64,000 nt of DNA from positions 228,911,741 through 228,975,740 of the forward strand of contig CM041465.1 in the NCBI GenBank assembly GCA_023213395.1. Reading direction: 5' to 3'. The DNA comes from Cycas panzhihuaensis. Its lineage: Eukaryota; Plantae; Cycadophyta. The notes beneath the pieces were generated by a model. That model made no database searches. It was not told where the DNA came from and saw nothing but the letters and a program-made list of their open reading frames with translations. This document shows, piece by piece, positions 36,046 to 48,354 of this stretch (position 1 is the stretch's first letter; each line of letters begins with the position of its first letter). The position numbers and the translations under genes were made by a program.

Positions 36046-38068
36046 AATTGTTGAGTTTTTTGGCAAACCTTTGTTTATTTAGATTTTGTGTGGCTCTGCT
36101 GACATCACACAATTTAAAACTTGCACAAACATGATAATATGATGCATGAAGAGTCAATCGTGGAGTTCAGGTTTGGATATCATCCATAATAACTGTAGCA
36201 CCAAATTTAACAGTAGGGATGGAGCTCAGAAAATAGTTGCCTTAATTGGCGAGCTACCTTTTTGTGAGGAAGCAGCAGTTCTTGTAGTGAGGTGTGCTAC
36301 AATTTGTTTTTGTATTCTTGAAATGACTAACAGAGTGCTGGCCACTTTTAACTCCTCTGCACAGATTAAACATCAAGATCAACAAACCAAATTCTGCAAG
36401 GTGATTTGTACATGGGGATGCCTTGTGTTAAACGGCTATCAGGCCTTCAGATTTATACCATTTGTGTGTCCTTGCAACTTAAAGCTATCTAACTGTGAGA
36501 TAAAATGGGGTTTGTACTGGTTTGTGCATCCCAAGAAGTTAAATGAATTGATACCAAGAAGATAATACTGACTTTATGTTTGTCAGTAACTTTCGTTCCA
36601 GGTCTTGTCTGAGGTGTGCCAAAGCTGGTTCACTTTACTCAATTCGAAATTGTGGAGGATAGGTATTAGTAATGGCACTGCAAGCCATTTCGTCACTGGC
36701 ATGGTAATACTTGATTGGATACAAGCCAATTTATTTATATGCATTTGCCTTGAAAAAGGCTTTCAGTTCTTCTTTTTCTTTTGTGACTTGTAAAATGAAT
36801 CGATTCTTGATATATGAATCATTTTCTGTTGCATGGAATTCATGGTTCAGCTGAGTATTGATTATGGTTGTTAGCACTTTATGCCATGTGAAATGGATTA
36901 AATGATGTGCGTTTTACTTTTTTTGTACTACTAAAAGAAAGTAAGTTTGAAAATGCTAATATGATCATAACAACATACCCAATTCCCTCCGATTTGTGAT
37001 TTCAAACCAACGCCATCTCCATTGTTTGTCTTCTGCCCCCTCGGTTTTATTTAGATGAAGCCATCATAAGCTAGTTTTTATAGAGCTTATATTCAGGCTA
37101 CCTGAACTTTTCCTTGCTGACCTCTTTCCTCAAACCAGTTCTGCTTTGATCATTTCCTTTGGATGGTAGGCTACTATCTCTTTATACACTCATTTTCATA
37201 TAACCCGTGAATTGAGATTTTTCATTGTCTAGTTTGGAGTCTACTCACACCAACTTTAGGTTGAAGCATAGTATCATAGTTTTGCTTGTTTCAACTTTTC
37301 TCCCTAGAGGTTGAGGCAAAGGATCATTTTATTTTTGGAATATTAGTGCTTATTTAAAGATTCAAGTGGTGTCCTGTCTACCTTTGTTGGCTATGAGTAC
37401 TAGTGATGTGTTGCCCTGTTCTTCAAAGAGATGTTACTCTATAGACAAATTTTGAGTGGACCAAGCTCCCCTCAACATGTTATGCTTTCACGGAGGATTA
37501 TTACTTCATTCTTCTAATAGATTTCCCAATCTTTAGGGATCAAGCTTCTTGTGAGTCCACAAGGAGTTTAGTGCAAAGTCAAACATTGTCAGTGACATGG
37601 AGTTGGATCAATGAGTGAAGAAACTCTAAGGGAGGGCCTATGATAGGAGCTCAAGGCAAAAGACCATCCAAGAGCGTAGAGTACCCTTGTCACAAACTTT
37701 CATTGACCATAGGATGAGACATTGACCCTTGAGCTTGATCTAATAGGATATGTGGGTCCTTGAGATTGTGGATAGGGCTCAAGCACAAGTTACGTTCGAA
37801 AACTTTGTCCCTTTCGAGCTACTCCTATTCTTTGAATATTTGATTCACTTTTCAATCGTACTATTGATATCATTGAACATAGGTTGCATTGGACCCATTT
37901 ACCTTTCACTTGTATTGTTGTTATTATTGTATGTATATTGAATTAGACTACTGGTCCTCTTGTGACTGATGTTTTGTTTATTACAATTCAAATTTAGGAA
38001 ATGTGCTAGGCACAACTATATTTTTGATTTGTAAACATTATCATTGATCTCTAGGAACCACTAGGGAT

Positions 38069-40735
38069 AGTCACAAGATGGAATTTATCCCACTTAATGT
38101 CTAAAGACTTTCAAGAATTAAAAGTAATTTTAAATTGAAAATGGAAAAGTAAAATGATTAAGATTAAGAGGTTAAAAGAGATATTATACAACTTTTAAGA
38201 AAAAAACCTTATTAAAGAGGTTTAGCTTAACTTTATGTCACAAAGACAAAACACAAGTGTTATGCAAAAGATGGCCTCCTAATGAAGTTAACTTTTCAAA
38301 CAAGTATCATTCTCTTTCAAATATTCTTCTATATAAACATATAGAGAATAAACGCATGCACATGTTGCTAGAGAAAGGGATGGAGGAGGAACGAAAGTAT
38401 ACCAAGGGCATATCATGAGATCTCCCCATGAATTCACTCTTTTCTCTTAATTCTTCTCCAACTATAAGTATGCCATGAGAGTAACATTATTAGTCCATAT
38501 GTATCTGTGATCAAGGTATGTAACATTCATTATCAAGTTATTTTCATGATTATGATGATGAATAACTTTTGCCTTTAATAAATTATAAATTAATATTAAT
38601 TATTGGTTATAAATACATTTCTTATCCATAATAAATGTCTTATATTAATTATAAGTATATTTTCTATTAGTATTTAATCTTAAAAATCTTTAAAAAATGT
38701 TAAAAAGTAAGTTTCCTATTTTTTATCCAATTCTAGACAAATTTAGAATAGGTCATATGGAATCTGTATGGCAATATTAAAATCTGTATAGACAGGTACA
38801 TGGTGGTTTGACACATCCATGCGGACCCACCTTTGAAGCTTCAAGTCAAACGGATGAGTAGGAGCCAAGTCATGCCAATTTTAATGAAAACATTTTGAAA
38901 AAAATATGTTCAATTGTGAAGAGTAAAGGATTGATTTAAACAAGGATTGTACTTAACTGTTTATGTCAGTCATACAGACCTAACATGATAGAACCAGACA
39001 ATCCCCAATTAGTTATCAATCCTAAGATTGTACTTGGATTATGAAAAATAATGCTCTCTTTTTAAAAAATAAAATATTTTCTAAGAGAGAAGAGTGAATT
39101 AATAATTAATGAAATAAGTAGCCAAATTTATGATGCATTAGTGACTAAGAATAAATTATTCCCAGATCTACATATGGTTGGATAATGCATTAAATATTGT
39201 GGACAATCATTTTAAATTGCTTCCTTTCATATAGAGAAGTATCTTAGATGTAGGAAAATAAAATAAATGGTGCATGCATAATTTTGAGATGGCGTGTTAT
39301 TGTTGAATTGATTAAATCTCTTATATACATGATTGTTTTTGGGGATTATGCTTACTAGATTTATAAGATAATGAACTATAGGAAGAGAAAATAACAAGTC
39401 TCATTATTGAATAGTACTTACATTTAATGCATTATTATAATGAAGGTAGTTAAATGTTTATATTACTAGAAATTCCCTACAATAAACTGTTTTCAATAAT
39501 TCTAGAATTTGTATGATTTTATTGCAATAAATTATGGATTATTACAATGATATATGTTTAGTTTAACATCCACTTAACCTTGTTATAATGAAGGCACTTT
39601 TTTACATGTTAAACATGGGTGAACATATGAATAAAATCCCAAAGATAAAATTTAAAATTCCAAGTTGAATTGAACCTTAAAATGAACTTGTAAGATCTTA
39701 ACTATTTAATGTGATTTTTCGAGAGGACCCTTTTAGGTGTTATGGCTATTGGTATGTTTTGTTTTGAAAGAACCCATTAGGTGGTGTGCCCCTTAGCATG
39801 TGTTGCTTCGAGAGGACCCATTAGGTGGTTAAGTGATCCCAAAAGAGTGTTGTGAACCTTTTGGTATTTGTTGCTTGAAAGAAAATGAATTAGTTCATGA
39901 GCACAGGGTGATTATGTTCTCTTCCTTGTACATGATGGAGAAAGGATATCTTTATATATTGTTGTCTAAAGGAGTTTTAAATAATGATAACAAGAATTTA
40001 TAAATACAGGGATGCTTCCAACCTCTCTCTCATATAAGATCAAAGAAAAGTATAACTATAGTCATAACAAGTTAAACCCATGGATATGGAATGGAACGAA
40101 AATGTTCATTTATGTGGATTAATTAGGAGATAGGGTGCAGTATCCCCTCTCGACTGTATGGTGCCAAGAGGAAAACTTTTTAAATAAATCCAATAGGTGT
40201 TGGTGTGATTAAATAGACAGAATATGTAAATGTGTCCAATAGGATGGACTTTGTATAATTAATGTGTTATTGAGGAAAAGTTCTTTAAATTTGATAATTG
40301 GTTACTAACTTATATGAGTTACAAAGTATCGTGAATAAATGAATATAGAAAGATGCCCCCTCACTGAGGGAGTGGCTTCTTTGTAGAGAGAAGAATCACC
40401 TTGTACATCTAAACGAAGGATGTGGCGACTAAGTGCTAGTTATTAAATTATATATCTTATGTTTAAAAATGAAGTTGAGATGCTATTCCTATATTAGTAC
40501 ATGGGAACACTACCATGGATTTGGGCATTGTAGAGGGAGGATATTTGTATCATATTTTTAGTTTGGGACTAGGGGCATTGCATATAGGAATGATTTATGG
40601 TAGGTTATAACATTGAATGACTTCTCATTCCAAACCTAGATAACAAGTTAGGTCTTCCTGCATTAAATCTAAATAATTATCATTTTCACCATTGTTATTC
40701 TTAGTATCATTTTTGGAAAGGGCGATATTATTACA
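38069..40735 (+). repeat. 5' LTR-like repeat (~2.67 kb)
   Basis: Aligns end to end with 42022-44722. Confidence 0.8.
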
Positions 40736-42021
40736 ATGGTATCAATTTTAGGTTGAATATCATAATTAGAATTGAGAAAGTTGTGTTGTGCATAATAATT
40801 GCCATCATGTTTTTGTAAAGAAAAATATGCCTATAATGTCTTCATTTATTAGGCAAATTTTCGCCCTAAGACGAAATTGTAATGTCCATTACCTTAGTAT
40901 AAAATTACAATAATAATACATTCATATAAAATGGAAAATTATTAAATTCTTAGTTATGCACTATTTTATAATACAAATAACAAATGCACAGAAAACAAAA
41001 TTCAATTAAATTTTTAAGAATGTTTATACAAAGGATAATTTGTTAAGAAATTGAGATCACTTAGTATTGTTTTTTACAAGTGGTACAACTAGATATCCAC
41101 TTATATATAAGGAAATAAGATTAGTTTACCTATGTTGCGAATAAAAACAAGTAACTATAGGGTAAAACAAAAAAGAATTTACCCCTTGTAACATCAATTG
41201 GTAAAATATATTATAAATATATAAAATACATGACTCATTTCTTAATATGGGAATATACATATATGTGCTTTGGTTACTGAGTTATATGATATCATGTGAT
41301 TCATTGAATGTGGAGATAAATGATTGGCTAAGACTTGCAAATCTCTGCCACATATAATTTCTCTCCAATAAAAATGAAACAGAAAATATAAGGCCTCATG
41401 ATTCTAACCAATTGGAGACAATATCATCAAAGTTACAATATATTTTGGTCATTGTTAATACTCCACATGGTTACACAATAGGTACTTTAGGTAATGATAG
41501 TAAAGTGTTTACCGTTGTCAAACTTAAAAGTCTTATTTTAGTTATGACACTAAACATGTGCATGCTAATAGTTTTTCATGTGTTTTTAGCCATCCTTGTT
41601 ACAGGGTCTCTTTACTAAATATAGAGCATTTTAGTGCTAAAAAGGGGAACATAATTGAGAGGTTATGATTAAACTAGAAATTTTGCAACTTAATTTGAGT
41701 AAATATGATTCCTCTATATTTTTAGGACCTTGTATTAGGATTCCTTACGAAACCCCATAAATGTGTTGTGTTCCCTCTTATATATCATTTAATCTTGATG
41801 TTGAACATAAAAAAAATAAAATAATTGATGCAAAATATGGGTTATTATATTTACCAAGAATATATATCTTAGATAAAGGAATTAAATTGTTTATGATTGG
41901 GTACATTTTAATATCATAAATATCTTCAAACATACAAAGGTAAGCACCCATATTAAGACAATCTAAAATCTAAGAGGTTTTTGATTATTACATACAATGA
42001 TTTTTTTATTGCAAGGAGAGA

Positions 42022-44722
42022 TGTTAAAAAATGTAATTTATTCCCCATAATGTTTAAAGATCTTCAAGAATTAAAACTAATTTTAAATTTAATGTGAAAA
42101 AATAAAGTGATTAAGGTTAATAGGTTGAAAGAGATATTGTACAGTTTAAAAAAAAAAACACCTTACTAAAAATGTTTAGTTTAAGTCATGAAGGCAAAAC
42201 ATGAAGGGTCGTGCAAGATGTGGCTATTTATTTGTTAATAATGAAGCTAACTTTTCCAACAAGCCTTCCCCTTTTTCAAATACTCTTCTATATAAATGTA
42301 TAGATAGGTTAAGTAAACATATAGAGAACAAACACATGGACATATTGTTAAAGCAAAGGATGGAGGAAGAATGAAAAGACGTGTGTATATCATGAACTCT
42401 CCTCACAAAGTCACTTTTTTCTCTTAATTTTTTTTCAACTGTAAGTTCAAGTGAGAATTACATGAGGTAACAATAGTAATCTATATATATCCATGAACAA
42501 GATATGTAACAATTATTATCAAGTTATTTTCATGATTATAATGATAGGTAGCTTATGTCTTTAATAGATTACGGATTAATATTAACTATTGGTCATAAAT
42601 ATATTTTAATCCAAAATAAATGTCTAATATTGATTATAAGTATATTTTCCATGAATATGTAATCTTAAAAGCCTTTGTAAATTGTTAAGAAGTAAGTTGC
42701 ATTTAGTCCAATTTTAAACATATTTTAGAATAGGTTGTATAGAATCTATATAGCAATATAAAAGATCATGTAGAGTGCACCATATCCATACAAACCCACC
42801 CTTGAAGTTTCAAGTATAACAGATGAGAAGGAACCAAGTTATATTAGTTTTAGTGAATACAATTTGAAAAATGTGCTTACCTGTGATGGCTAAAGGATTG
42901 CTTTAAATAAGGATTGTACTTGCTTATTCATGGCAGAGTTGTGTAGCTCTGACATGGCAATACCGTCTAGTTCCCAATTAGTTGCCAATCCCAAGATTGT
43001 ACTTAGGTTATGAAGAATAATACTCTTGTTTGAAATTTTGAAATATTTTCTAAGAGGAAAAAGTAAGCTAATAATTAATGAAATAGGTAGTTAAATTTAT
43101 GATGCATTCGTGACTAAGTTATTCCTAGATATACATATGGTTAGAAAATGGCTTAAATACTATGGACATTCATCTTTAATGATTTCCTTTCATATAAAGA
43201 ACTATCTCAGATGTAAGAAAATAAAATAAACAGTGTATATATAATTTTGAGATGGCATATTATTGTTGAATGCATAAAGTCTCTTAAATGCATTAGTGTT
43301 TTTGGAGATTATGTTTACTAGAATTTTAAAATAATTAAAGAACTATAGGAAGAGAAAATAACGAGTATCATTATTAAATAGGTCTTGCATTTAATACATT
43401 ATTTGAATGCAAGTAATTAAATGTTTATGTTAGAAATTCTTTAGAATATATTGTTTTTGATAGTTTTGGAAATTTTATGGTTTTATTGTAATAAACAATA
43501 GTTGATTGCGATGATATTTGTTTACATATGCATCTAATTGACCTTGTTATAATGTGAGCACTTTCTTGGATGTTAAACATGGGTGAACACATAAATGAAA
43601 TTCCAAAGACAAAATTAAAAATTCCAAGTGAAATTGAACCTTAAAATGTACTTGTAAGACCTTAACTACTCAATGTGATCATTTGGGAAGGCCCTTTTGG
43701 ATGTTGTGCCCCTTAGCATGTGTTGCTTTGGGAGAACCCATTGGTGGTGCGCCCCTTAGCATGTGTTGCTTTGGGAGGACCCATTGGGTGGTTTAAGTGG
43801 TCCTTAAAGAATGTGGTAAACTTTCTTACATGTGTTGTTCAAAAGGAAATGAATGAGTTGTTCATGAGCATGGGGTTCTTATCTTTTCTTTTTTCATATG
43901 GGATGAAGAAATGGCATAACTTTAGATATTGTTATGTCTAAAAGAGGTTTAAATAATGATAACAAATATTTATGAATATAGGGATGCTTCCAACCTCCCT
44001 CTCATATAGGTTTGAGGAAAAATATAATTATAGTCATAATAAGTTGAACCCATGAGCATGGAATAGAATGAAAATGTTCATTTGTGTGGATTAATCAAGA
44101 GATAGGGTGTGGTTTCTTCTCTTGCCTGTATGGTATCAAGGGGAAAACTCCTTGAATAAACCTAACAGGCATTGGTATGACTAAATATAGAGTATGTAAA
44201 CGTATCCACTAGGATGGACTTCGTATAATTGATGCATTTTTGAAGAAAATTGATAATGGGTTATCCACTTCTATGAATATCCACTTCTGTGAATTATAAA
44301 GTAGCATGAATAAATGAATATGGAAAGATGCCCCTTTATTGAGGGAATGGCTTATTCTTAGAGAGAAGATTCACTTTGTACATCTAAAGGGAGGATGTGG
44401 CTATTGAATGTTGTTAGCTAAGTGTAGTAGCTATTAAGCTACACATCCTATGTCTAAAAATGAGTTTGAGACACCATTCCTATATTGATACATGGCAACA
44501 CTGCCATGGATATGATCATTGTAGAGAAATGACGTGTATCACGATTTTAACCTAGGGTTAGGGGCAATGCATATAAAAATGCCCTATGGTGGATTATAGC
44601 ATTGATTGACTTCTCATTCCAAACCTAAATAACAAATCAGACCCTCTTGTATTAAATCTAAATAATTACCTTTTTCACTATTGTTATCCTTAATGTTATC
44701 TAGAAATGATGCTCTTGTCATA
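42022..44722 (+). repeat. 3' LTR-like repeat (~2.70 kb)
   Basis: Begins TGTT right after the PPT; aligns with 38069-40735. Confidence 0.8.
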
Positions 44723-45099
44723 AATAGCCACCTCATTCATCCATGATATGGTAGGTGCCAAGAAAGTTAGTTTTGAAAGAGCATGGATGATTTTGGATTT
44801 TATGCTATCATTTGTTTATATTTGGAATTGAATAAAATGGAAGTCCTAGTAAGGGAAAATGAAAAAGATCTTCTCTAGTTAGAAGAGAAGATTTTCCTCC
44901 ATGAAGATCATATATAACACCAAAAAACCAAGAAGTAGGGCAAACAACAATTTATGGAAGCACATACTCAAGCAAAGTGGCTAAAAATATAAAATGGAAG
45001 AGTAGTGACACAAAATTCACCTTATGTTGGTTGGTCTAGGAATTGAGGTAAGTAATGACATTGGACCAGAAGGGGACATAGGTATTTTGTAAACAAATG

Positions 45100-47150
45100 A
45101 GTGTTGCACTTTGGAATTGTAATGATATGATATGCTCCTCTCCAAGATTTGTGCAAGACGTGATCCAAAATCAAGATTTGATTTTGTTTATTGAGATACA
45201 TGAGAGTGCCAAGAGAGAATTACCACTCATTAATAGATTATCAATGGATATCAACTTATAATAAGGAACTTTATCTTTCAAAGGGGGGTAGAAGGTTTAG
45301 ACCGGTGGTTTATCTCTTTAGATATGCTCTCCAAAGCTATATGGATTGATAGTTGCCACAAATATCCATTCTAGGTATATATAGGTAATCAAATTAGCTA
45401 AGATGGCCTTGATGATGGAGAAGGATATTTCCATAGCTATATCTATTTCCCTTCCCCGCCTCCTATTTTTGCACTAGAGACCAATGGAGAATTCCCATAT
45501 CCATATCTCTTTGCCAAATTTACATGTTTCCTGGCTTAATGATAAATTGTGTTACTTGGGGACTTTGTTAACACTTCATACAATTGCACTTCAAACTCCA
45601 ATTAATAGCATTAGCAAGAATGAGCTTCCCATCACAAAGTTGGATCATGTGAATCACAAATTAAAGAGGTGCTCGACAAATGCTACATAACTTGATGCAT
45701 ATGGTTGACATTTGGTAAATCTTAGCGAGCCACATGATGTTTACATCATGAATGATCTTTCATAATTTCTAAGGTTAGAAGGATCTACTTGTTTTTCACA
45801 TGGAGGGGAGCACACTGCCTTGGATTATGTTATTGCTAGTTTGTCTCTTATGATTTTTATGAAGGACTTTCTTGTCTCAACTTGCTTTCCCATCGTTAGC
45901 CATGCATTTTTATCATTCATGATTAGAGGCCAATTTACAACTATTACATCTCCTCTAATGATGAAGCCCATTATAGAACCAAGTTTCATAATTGGCTTTG
46001 ACCTTATGTTCCAAGGGTGATTGTACTACATGTTTGATTCAACTCCTCCCTAGCATTTGCCATATGCCCTATTTGTAACAATAAATGTATTTCCTTTACA
46101 AAAATTTTGTTGAGTGTTATCCTTAACTCTTATCCACACTACGCTCACAAACCATCTACTGCCTATCCTCTTGGACCTTGCTCTGTGAATAAATGGTATG
46201 ACGACTATAAACAAATGCAAAGAAAGCTCATATTAAACCATACACACCACTTGGAGACTACAAATATTGCCTAACATTTGTATAATTGCATTTTTAGGAG
46301 TGAGAAATTTAGTTTCTTATCCCTAAAGAGGATCAAGCTTATTTGTACCTTCCATTTCTCTCTTACTCCTTTGAGCCCTCTCTATTACCTAAGTAATGCA
46401 TTATATAGATTTTAGACCCTAGCATTTGGTTTGCCCATATTCAACAATTATATGAGATAACAAACCAATCTCAATTTATGATTTCTTCTTTCCTTATATT
46501 TTTTTATAACTTTACTTCTAAAATGGTCCAAGGGGTAGTTTACAAGTTATGTGCAGACTAGTAAGGCTCATGATGTTGAATGATGCATCACAAAGAAGGA
46601 GAAAATAGAGTCTTTTGTTGATGCTCAAGATAAATAAGAAGAATGCAATAATAGTACAAGAAATGACATAAAGAAGAAATGTGAAATATTGAGAAAAAGG
46701 TACCTAGAAGGAGTTACTATACAAGTTATCTGAAAAGTTGTTCAACCTTTGTTGTTGCTATTCTGAACTGGAGCTATGTTCAAGTTCTAGCCATTCTTGG
46801 AGTCATTCCCCTTGCTAGATGCATTCTAGGACACTTCTTAAGCCATTCCCTGTAGTACTTCTCATGACCAATTCCACATTCTAGCATTAAAAATTAGATC
46901 CACAAACTAAAATGGAGGCACTGTGATTCTTGGAATGTGAGTTCCTTCTTTTGAAAGTTGAATAAATTGTGGAAGTAAAACAAGGAGCCCTATGAGATTG
47001 AGACTTATTGCAACACAAATCAACATGTAGAAATAAAATGGAAGGGGCTTAGAAGAAATGAAACACATAAGTATTTCTCTGCTATTCACTTCAAATAATT
47101 AACCATGTACAATAGTAGAGCTCCCTCTCTATTTAAGATGAGGAGTAATT
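45100..47150 (+). mobile_element. Degenerate LINE (APE endonuclease plus start of the RT region)
   Basis: Ordered endonuclease motifs: WNC (45112), DLILFIEIHES (~45175-45207), LLGDF (~45552-45566), TCFSHGG...LDYVIAS (45787-45840), VSH for SDH (~45895). A later KWYDD resembles the PWFD linker. Confidence 0.65.
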
Positions 47151-48354
47151 ATAGTATGTTGAAAGTGGAAAACCAATTATGAGTTGTTCATACCACTGGA
47201 GATTGTTGACATTAAAGACATTATGCATCTCAAAATAAGTTAGTAAGCATAGGTGGAAAGTATTGGCTTTTACAACCTCAATGATCTTGTATGGATTAAA
47301 CTAGATGGGTTTAAGTTTATGATGACAATAATGCCTCAACTATTGCTTGTCCAAGTGGATCCAAACTTTCTTAGATACTTGGAAGTCGTAGGACCTTGCA
47401 TTGACCGTGCTAGGCCTAGAATCTAGTGAGGATCTATCAAATTTGGGCATGTGCTCATTGGACGTGCTCTATGAAGACAACAACTTTTTGTTGCTCTATC
47501 TGCTCATGCCATGTAGCAAGTAATAGAAGTGCAACTAGAAGCTCATAAGGCACAACATGCACTATATAGTTGTACCAATGCTAGATGGTTACAAGAGATA
47601 GATCCCATTTGAGTGGTAGTGTGCTAATATATGTGAAGGTAGTGATCCAGGGCCCTATTCACTATCTCAAATTGTCTCTCTCTTTGCAGATGAAATGCGA
47701 TGGAGTACTAGAGTCTACATCTTAGAAATTTCCATAACATGTGCCAAAAATGGCTAAGGAAATATGCATCCTTGTCTAAATTGATACCAAGTAGTAAATT
47801 GTAATGTACCCTTTGTAGCCATATATGGCTAAACAAAGCCTTGCACTTGTACTAGGTACACCCCATATATGAGGGTACCTAGATACAGTTAGGATATGCC
47901 ATCAATACATATCTCGAATGTATTTGGGATATGCCCCATATTCTAGGATGTATCTTTGGCGTATCCTAGATATCTACGATTTGTGGACCGTATCCATAGA
48001 ATATTTGACATAGAATTGATCCCCTTTTTTAAATTTTTTTCCCCTCTTCTTTTATTTTTTGTATTAAAATAAAGAAAAAAAAGGGAGAAATAAATTTTAA
48101 TTATAAATTCAAAAAATAAAAAGAACCAACATTATATTGAAAAAACCATGGTTTTTAATGATTTGGGGAAGAGGAGGGGGGGGAGGGACACTAAAGAATA
48201 AAGTAGTTTTGGGCAAAATTGTAGGTTAAAAAGTGCATATGGTTTTGTTCAAAACCATGTGCTAAATTTAACTATGGATTGCCCAAAACGATGAGCTACC
48301 TTTTCTACTTAAAGCCTCTAGCACCCCCTAACCCCCCACTCCCCTTTTGGTACT

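Larger units (their letters stand above)
38069..44722 (+). mobile_element. Ancient non-coding LTR element (LARD-like) with very long LTRs
   Basis: Collinear direct repeats ~38069-40735 and 42022-44722 (roughly 80% identical by eye). TGGTATCA PBS core at 40737; PPT AAGGAGAGA at 42013-42021; ~1.3-kb AT-rich interior. No TSD found. Confidence 0.75.

Noticed and set aside
36146-36565. 139-aa ORF after the RNase H1 stop
   Set aside because: No recognisable domain; it lies in the probable 3' UTR.
43685-43800. Short repeats as a CRISPR array
   Set aside because: Units are head-to-tail without unique spacers, lie in plant LTRs, and no cas genes are present.
38064-44727. TSD for the long-LTR element
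   Set aside because: The flanks GGGAT and AATAG do not match; the ends are too decayed.
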